Assembly (NCBI GenBank): GCA_964016885.1
Contig: OZ024742.1
Location: forward strand, 19,096,001-19,160,000
Origin: Eledone cirrhosa
Lineage: Eukaryota
Direction: 5' to 3'
Length of the DNA stretch: 64,000 nucleotides
Part shown: in pieces, positions 55,344 through 64,000 of the stretch
Position numbering within the stretch: position 1 is the stretch's first letter
Layout: the number at the start of each line of letters is the position of its first letter
Made by a program: the position numbers and the translations under genes
Notes under the pieces: model-generated
Database searches by the model: none
Told to the model about the DNA's origin: nothing
Seen by the model: the letters and a program-made list of their open reading frames with translations, nothing else

Positions 55344-56014
55344 GTAAGATTCAATAATTCATTTGATGAGCTCCAGTTTGAGATAAAGGATTATATATAT
55401 GATAGATATATTTTAGAGTAATGGAGAGGCAGGGTTGGTACAGCGTCGGAGAAAATGTCATTGCGATTTTTGTTCTGGCTCTTAGCATTTCTCAGTTCAA
55501 ATCCCACCGCGGTTAACTATGCCTTTCATTCATTCGAGGTCAATAAAATAAAGGACTAGTCAAGTACTGGGGTTGATATAATCAACTTTACCAATACCCC
55601 AGATACACTTGACTTGAGCTTGAATTAGAAATCAATATATTACAGAATTGACAGAGTCGGTGGGACGCCGGATAGAATGCTGTGTAGTACATTTTCCGGC
55701 TCTCTGCTCTCTAGTTCAAATCCCGCCGAGGTCAATTTTGCTTTTCATTCATTCGAGGTCGATAAAAAGTACCAGTTTAGTACTGGGGCCAATACTTCCT
55801 CTATATCTCTTTCTCACACTCTCTAGAAGAAATCTGCTGCATTCGCTACTACGACTCCACCAAGAGTTACGGGCCCACACCATATTAAAGATATCTCCGA
55901 AATTTTCAGGCAGCAAATATCGAACCGAACTATATATCCCATATGATATTCATATCAATGATAAACATGATTGAATATTATAAAGCAATTCTTTTTAAGG
56001 GTTATCGATACAAT

Positions 56015-56658
56015 TACTATATATATATATATATATATTTAAAAGAATATATATATTTAAAAGAATAGAGGTGTAATACACGAGTTGTGATATATTGGTA
56101 AAAGGAAAAAAAAATGCTGACAAATTGTTCCCAGTGAAAAATAGTTTAATTAGGAATAAGTAAAATTTAGTAATAGTATTGGTTAGTATTCAGTTTTGAT
56201 TTTTACTATATATATATATATATATATATATTTAAAAGAATATATATATTTAAAAGAATAGAGGTGTAATACACGAGTTGTGATATATTGGTAAAAGGAA
56301 AAGAAAATGCTGACAAATTGTTCCCAGTGAAAAATAGTTTAATTAGGAATAAGTAAAATTTAGTAATAGTATTGGTTAGTATTCAGTTTTGATTTTAAGT
56401 TTTACCGGTTGCGCATTTCTAATGCTTTTCAAAAATAATTTTGAGATAGAGCGCCCGTGATGTTTGCTCTAATCTGATTAGAGCAAACATCACGGGCGCT
56501 CTATCTCAAAATTATTTTTGAAAAGCATTAGAAATGCGCAACCGGTAAAACTTAAAATCAAAACTGAATACTAACCAATACTATTACTAAATTTTACTTA
56601 TTCCTAATTAAACTATTTTTCACTGGGAACAATTTGTCAGCATTTTCTTTTCCTTTTA

Positions 56659-56667
<9 letters not shown>
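56015..56667. repeat. 193-bp direct duplication overlapping a palindrome with 192-bp arms (56283-56667, centre 56475)
   Basis: TTTAAAAGAATATATATATTTAAAAGAATAGAGG at 56038 and 56231; apex CTAATC-T-GATTAG. Confidence 0.95.
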
Positions 56668-56719
<52 letters not shown>

Positions 56720-57113
56720 AATTTAACAATGAAAATGATAACAAAGTCAAGGTATTTTACCTATTCATATCATTGTTTTACGATCATTTCAGAGGGTTGA
56801 TCATATTGACATATTGACTGGTCTATAGCAGTTATATAACTGTACGCTATCAGACATGATATATAGGTTCGATCAAACCGTCTTGTTCGGAAACAATTGA
56901 ATATATATATATATATATATATAGGAAAAAGTATGACCCCGACGGCAGAGCAAGCCGTTTCGACGGCTATTTCTGTCCAGCCCAGAAATAGCGGTCGAAA
57001 CGGCTAGCTCTGCCGTCGGGGTCATACTTTTTCCTATTTCCCACTCTACTACCTTAAGTATTGAGTACTCTGGTGCGTTATGGTCCATCTGGTTCCTTAC
57101 CACAATTCCTTTG

Positions 57114-57159
<46 letters not shown>

Positions 57160-57425
57160 GTATATATATATATATATATAATAAGGGAATTCTACCATTA
57201 CCATAACAGAAGTCCGACGAGCTTTTGATTCCAGAGCCGGGCCAGAGCTGATCAATCGCGTAACACCCATCACACCTCAATAAATGTAATGAAGATCTAA
57301 CACCTTGTCCTTTTCATTATTATTTGTATTACACTGTGCTTGCTACTAAACCATATATACCTATTGGAAACTACGCATCAAGTGCACACTTTGGTGAACT
57401 ACTGTAACTTGACGTTACAATCCCT

Positions 57426-57480
<55 letters not shown>

Positions 57481-57538
57481 GTGTCGTTATAGTGACATCA
57501 TGTTAATATACTCAATGAACTCCGTTTCTTTCCCCAAG

Positions 57539-57708
57539 ATGTTATGTCAGTGTAGCTGTACTTGGTCGTCACATATATGCAATGGGTGGTTCTGACGGAA
57601 ACTTACGTCAAAAGAGTGTCGAACGTTACAATAAATATAAAAACCAATGGAGTCTTATCGAACCGATGAACCGGCACCGAAGTGATGCCAGTGCTGCAGC
57701 ATTAAAAG
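57539..57708 (+). CDS. KLHL10: KLHL10-like copy B, coding exon 3
   Basis: CCCCAAG acceptor (phase 2) and G/GTAAGT donor (phase 1); (R)CYVSVAVLGRHIYAMGGSDGNLRQKSVERYNKYKNQWSLIEPMNRHRSDASAAALK(G). RCYVSV and RSDASA are KLHL10 hallmarks. Not in the ORF track. Confidence 0.95.
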
Positions 57709-58491
57709 GTAAGTTTTTCAAATAATCTCTTACTTTCGGGCCTCGAATAATGCTCACCCTTATCAATTTTTTAGATTTTTTTTTTTTTTTTTTTCCAATC
57801 TTTCTCCGTTCCCATCTTGCTCTTATTCAACCCCCTCCCCTCTTATTAAATTCTGCTTATCTATCCCCGGCGAAATTTTATTTTAAATGGTAGCATTCCT
57901 GCGACAATTAATTCTCTTTATACATTATAAAACATCATACATGACAAAAAAGAACATTACAAGAAATCTCATACGTTATAAAATAATTAGGATGGGTTAG
58001 AGCCCTGAGTATGTAAACTAAACGACTAATTCTAGTTTTTAATAAAAAATAAAGAGAGACAACCTAGAAACATCAATTTCCCACCCACCCACCCTATTAT
58101 TCAGGACCCGAAAGTAAACTGAATTTGGAATGAAGTTGGCGCATAAGACGGATTAACGAGATGTCATTGTCTTATTGAATATAACATACTGGCATTAACA
58201 CAGGAAATACTGAACAATGTTAAGACTAGATTTGACTACAGGGTGTCTCGAAAGTCTTGACACAGAAAATATCACTATTATTAACTACTTATCATTTTTT
58301 TATTTACCAAATTTATTCCATTTACCAAAGGTTTCACGAAGACAGACGAGCTCAACACAGACGTCTGAAATCACTCATCAGAATGAAAATTTAACATGCA
58401 TTTAATGTCTTATGTTGTTTATTACATAACTAAATAGCTCTGTCGCTTTCATAGAGCTCTCTCCTTTCCTTTACCCTTCCTACGGAAATAA

Positions 58492-58552
<61 letters not shown>

Positions 58553-60329
58553 TAATACTTCATTATTTTCATTGTTAAGACGAGATAAACCTCGATGCAG
58601 TTTTTTTTAGTTCTTCAGGTTGTTACACAATAGAATCGAACCCGGATCCTAATGATTGCTAAACGAACTTCTTAACATTTCGGTCACGTTGCTTTCGCAA
58701 TTGTTCAGTAATATCATAGTTTAATGCCTCGCTAAACGTTATGCGGAACCAAACATTAATCTTCACCTTTCGTATGTGTTATATAAACTTTGATCTCGGA
58801 TTACAATAACTAAATTTGTTAGTTTCCCTCGTTAAAATTATAAAACAGAAGCACAACTACACTACTCGGTTCTTATTTGTACAAATTTCGTCATCTCTAC
58901 GTCATTTTCCTTGATGCGTGGAGGCATCCGCTATAAAAAGTTTATTTTCCCTAATAAAACTTAGATGTGTCACTCCTTCCTATTATACTTTCTTTAAGTG
59001 TGATAACTCTCATGTTATTTTCTGTTGGGTGTCCTCATATAAATTTCTTTTGAGTTTCCGTATTTACTTCCAAGTCATTCCTCTACCTGGCCTATATTTC
59101 AGCCTTGCGTACCTTATTTTCTTGCGAACACTACTTCACTTAACCATCTCTAACATTGTTTTCTAGATTAATACATGAATCATATCAATTTATATGTACT
59201 GTATTGTATGGTAGGTTACAATTGATTATGAATGTTGATTAATATATTTTTAAATAATTTGAGTGGGCGTGGACATAGTATGGCTAAATGGTTAAGAGGT
59301 TTGTAAGATACTGTGTGTCGAAGAATGCATTGTACTAGATACAATCTCCTCATTTTAAGGTGGTAAATTGTGATCTGAGGGACTTGTAGCTGTTATTTCT
59401 ATTTGTTCCAGTGAGAATTAAGAGGCATGTTTTTTTATTTATAACTTACATTTAGCTTGGTCAGTAGTAATCAATACCAGTACAGTATTATTAGCGTTTA
59501 GCTTAGCTTACACCCCAAGTTAGGGTTAGATTTAGACCTTTGGGGTAACCCAGGCACTTAAGGTTTAGGGGGCCCTTCACACACAGAAAATTAGAGTTCA
59601 CAGCAAACCCCCAATTTTACATATCAAAGTTAGCTGGGCGCAAGTAATTGGAATTGAAAAGTTATACATACAGGTATTAAAGTAAAAAAATCTAACCATC
59701 CTAGAGGACACAAATAAATTGTTACAGCCGTCGCTAGTACCCCCTCCCCAACAGTAGAGGGCCTGGGACAATTGCACCTAGTATGTCCGGCTCTGACCCC
59801 TGTTGACTTGGGTAGATTCAAAACACTGCTGGAGGACATCGTTTCTTATGCTCTTAGATGGGATACCTGAACATTTTTGATTAATGTGAAATATTGAAGT
59901 CAGACATTTACGTTATGTTTAGTTTTATATTTTTACATCTATTAAATGCATTAATAAATGAATTCGTCCAGTTTAAAATCGCTGTATTTGAGCTGCGAGT
60001 CTTATTCTCAGTCACTTTATAACAATTACCAGTGTCTAGAATCCTGTAGTTTATTTTTTCAACATGTTTTAACATCAGTAACTGAGACGAGATGTTAAAT
60101 TCCAATTAGTCAGTTTTCTAGATGATCACTAAATACATTTAGCGTCAGTTTGTCTAACAAACCGAATTAATTTATCAAATCTTTTCCGTTGAGAATTTTA
60201 TTCAATGTTATTGCTTTATACCACACACAAATTGCTGACGTTAAGATACGTCTTGTTAAATGCGGCTATATTAGTAGTTATTTCGTTTACTTAGTTGGTA
60301 TTGCTTCATTATTTGTCGCTGGACAAATA

Positions 60330-60513
60330 GGCGGTGAATTGGCAGTATCGGTAGAGGGTTGGATTATGCTTTCCAGCATAGTTACGTCCCTTTACGATCT
60401 GAGTTCAATTCCCGCCGAGGTTAACTTTGCCTTTCATCCTTACGGGGTCGATAAAATAAAGTACCAGTAATGTACTGGGATAAGTGCTGGCCTTGTGCCA
60501 AAAAGTAGAAACA
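60330..60513 (+). mobile_element. Full-length SINE with 16-bp TSD
   Basis: ATTATTTGTCGCTGGA at 60308-60323 and 60514-60529; A and B boxes. Confidence 0.92.
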
Positions 60514-60661
60514 ATTATTTGTCGCTGGAATGGCTTATGTTATCGACAAAAAATAAACTATTTCTAGGGGCAATAATTATATAATTTTACATTAGAAAAA
60601 TTATCCTCCGGATTGGTTGTTGCAGGTTGGTTGTTTATTACCAAACTCAACAACATTTTAT

Positions 60662-60792
60662 CAGATCTGTCAACTCTCCCCGTCCGACGGAGAGATCTCC
60701 CACTCACTTTGCGGTGGGTTAGAGATGTCTTCTCTTGTGAAAATGGGTATAGCTATCATTATGTAAAATCTCTCCATTTTGCCTCATTTCTA
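60662..60792. mobile_element. Partial MITE, inverted relative to the copy at 63154
   Basis: About 130 bp of reverse-complement similarity to 63187-63316, beginning CAGATCTGTCAAC. Confidence 0.75.
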
Positions 60793-61046
60793 CCCGTTTT
60801 GGGGCACTTTTTTTCATGGTACTCCCCATTTTGTAGGTCTGACATATATATAATTAATAAATAAAAAGAAAACAGGTGGGCGAAGACAATGGAAAAACGG
60901 AACAGTCCCTTCTCATTAAGTTCCGAAAGCACAAGAAACTCCAGAGGTCGACTGATGAGAAGATCCCGTCCTGTGTTTCGTCCGTTTTCTTCACCCACCA
61001 TTTAAAAAATTATTCTATGAGATCTTAACCGCGCGAGACATTGTTT

Positions 61047-61180
<134 letters not shown>

Positions 61181-61782
61181 GGTTTCAATCCGAGGTAACC
61201 ACAGTAAGTAAGGTACTCAATACATTAATAGAGTGTAAACATTCGAAAGAAATCATCATTTCCTGATGATTGTTTTCTATATTAAATTATATATATATAT
61301 AGGTCTGTGTATGAGATAGAGCGAGGATGCATATATATACATATGCTATATATTCTGAATATGTTTCTAGATGTAAGGATGTGTATGTGGCAATATTACG
61401 TAAGTTTGGGTGAAACAGGATATTCAAAGAAGATTTAACCGGTGCTATATTCTCTAAAGTAACAATGTTTAGTATTTGTGATAATAAGAGGCATATAAGA
61501 CTGCCGTGTCACAACGTATTTATAACAATACTGTCAGATATCTGTCACAATCAGTTTAGATATTATCTTACAGTACGTACATACACACACATAACAAGTA
61601 TATATGTATGTATATATATATATATATATATAGTGAGAGAGTCTGCGGTTGTGAGACTGAGGATATCGCTAATCATGTGAGTACTCGATAAATGGGGAGA
61701 AATGTAGAGTGGGTATAGAGAACACACAAGCTAAAGCATTTGGCACCGCGGTCGGAATTTCACATCTATCTCTCTCTCTCTC

Positions 61783-61813
<31 letters not shown>

Positions 61814-61989
61814 CATTTTCGTTTTTTGTGTCTTTACTGGCCCTTTTTCTGGTTCTCCATTGTGATCCTGTCTCTATTTTGTACTCCTGAAGAAGGGCTT
61901 AAGTCCGACATGTCGAGCTTTTTTTCATCTTTCCAATATAAACCGTGAAACTAATAAGACTAATTGTACCTCCGTTTGTTGTCTCCTTG

Positions 61990-62081
<92 letters not shown>

Positions 62082-63153
62082 AAAAACTACACTGGAGAAC
62101 AATACAATAATTAGTTTAAAGATTGATATTGATGAATAGTTTTAATCTTTCATATCTTAGTCCTTCATCGTAAAATATGAGTGAGGGAGGGAGGAGAAAA
62201 AAGAAACAAGGACTTCAGTAGAAAAAAAAATTAAACGGGGAACATGATAGATAGGAGAAAAAGTACGTTTGTTGTTAGTCATATATATATATATGTTTGT
62301 GTGTGTGTCTTTATGTCTGATTAATGCATTACTAATATGATTAACATATATAATAGAGAGCAAGGTGGTATATGATCACACTATTAAAATCTATATACTA
62401 TACTATCACAATAAACTGTTATATTATTGTTTGGCTTGTGTCACACACTTATAATAACATTCAACATTATATATTCAATTTCTGGCATATTTGAATAATA
62501 ATAGCTTATTTCACAACTAACCGGGCTATTTAGAAACTTGCTATTTTCTAAGAAGCAAGTTTTCTGGATCAAAATACTCGTATAATATTGTTGCGTCAAA
62601 ACTACATTTGTTTGTGAGAAAATATTGTAAATGTACTAAAATATTTCAAAATATGAATTAATCTCAAGCTCCACATGAACCAACACAATAACGACTAATT
62701 GTGGAATTGTTGGACCTCTGTCGCCTCCAGCAATGCGTGTTCTAGTTGAACAGCGTAACAGCCTACTCTAAAAATTAGCATACAAGGGGCTGAGCATTCT
62801 ACAGACCAGTGTAGATTAAATGTAGTTCTCAGGGAAATTTAACGTGACACAAGTATGACATGGCTGGCTGGCCCTTTTGTACAAGTTATTTTAGCCAGCT
62901 GTGAGGACTAGAGTCACGTGAAATAAAGTGTTATGATCAGTGACACAATGTGCTGCCAGGAATCATTCAGGACCTTACGATTGTGAGCCGAACACACCAA
63001 CCACCTGGCTACGCGCCATCACATGGCATGATCGAGTTGTTAAATATAAATGTCGTTATGCCAAATGTCTATAGACTTATTTTAAAGGATTTAATCAATA
63101 TGTAAAGAAGAGTATTTATGAGAGGTTTCAGGGAATGGTGTCGAGAGAGGAAA

Positions 63154-63316
63154 CAGATCTGTCAACCTCTAAAAGCCCAAACGAGGAGAAATGAGGCAAA
63201 ATGGGGAGATTTTACATAATGAAAGCCATATCCATTTCCACAAGAGAAGACATCTCTAACCCACCCCCAAAGTGAGGAGAGATCTCTCCGTCGGACGGAG
63301 AGAGTTGACAGGTCTG
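63154..63316. mobile_element. 163-bp MITE with 13-bp TIRs and 7-bp TSD
   Basis: CAGATCTGTCAAC...GTTGACAGGTCTG flanked by GAGGAAA on both sides (63147-63153; 63317-63323). Confidence 0.8.
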
Positions 63317-64000
63317 GAGGAAAGAAGGTTTCCTCCCATTTTGTGACTCCATAAGAATGAAAGGCAAAGTGGAAATCGGAGAGATTTTAACTAAAATTGT
63401 AGAGATTGGGAGGAAATACGACAAGGTATGTTTTGCTTCTCTCTAACGACTCTTAATTCACCGCCTTACTCCTCAACGTGGAACAAGTAAGCCTTTGTAG
63501 GGCTACAGTTCACTTATCTGGGTAGGTGAAAGTATAGATGTTACATATTTAATGATCACATACAGAACAATGACACCTAACTGATGAGCAAACCTTTATT
63601 CACTTACCAACACAATGCATTGGGTCCTTTGCCTGTTGCTACTGAAGAAGGGTCCTCCATCGGTTTCAATGATGGGTATTTAGGTGTTTGATAAATAGAC
63701 CATGCAACACGTTAACTAACCTTTAAGTGATTGAGAATTTCACAAATATATGTACCCATCACTTAATTCTCAAGCCGGATTAGCGTAACAGAATGTCAAA
63801 GAACTTCGACGAATGAGATCAACTAGCCCTCCCTGTTATATGTAATAGATGAGTCAGTTTATATACTATTGATTAAATGATTAATCACATGTATGATCTA
63901 TAGACAAGTAATTCCAGAGAGAGTCGTAGGGACGTCGTAGTGGCATGTTCATGTCTTGGAAATTTAAAACCTGGCGGTGCCCATCGTCTCCAGGTCTGAA

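Overview
AT-rich, microsatellite-dense animal genomic DNA. The SINE family and (TA)n load suggest an octopus or other coleoid cephalopod; this is inference. Bases 1-24.5 kb are an uninterrupted 29-bp satellite (about 845 units) with nested higher-order duplications. Its unit is the A-box segment of the local tRNA-derived SINE head, and the array ends exactly in that SINE's 5' terminus. The remainder holds two partial + strand BTB-BACK-Kelch genes of the KLHL10 type: the last three exons of one copy (25668-32385) and the first three exons of the next (37165-57708). The satellite therefore probably lies in an intron. Introns and intergenic DNA contain many SINEs, fragments of R4/Dong, CRE, RTE, CR1/L2 and Penelope-like retroelements, and a MITE. 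They also contain long near-perfect palindromes embedded in (TA)n tracts, and a cluster of type I hammerhead-ribozyme folds. Several of these folds share a stem II C-C mismatch and a TA-rich stem III, and some sit in both arms of a palindrome. Almost all short ORFs in the supplied track are repeat artefacts. All alignments and folds were done by eye.
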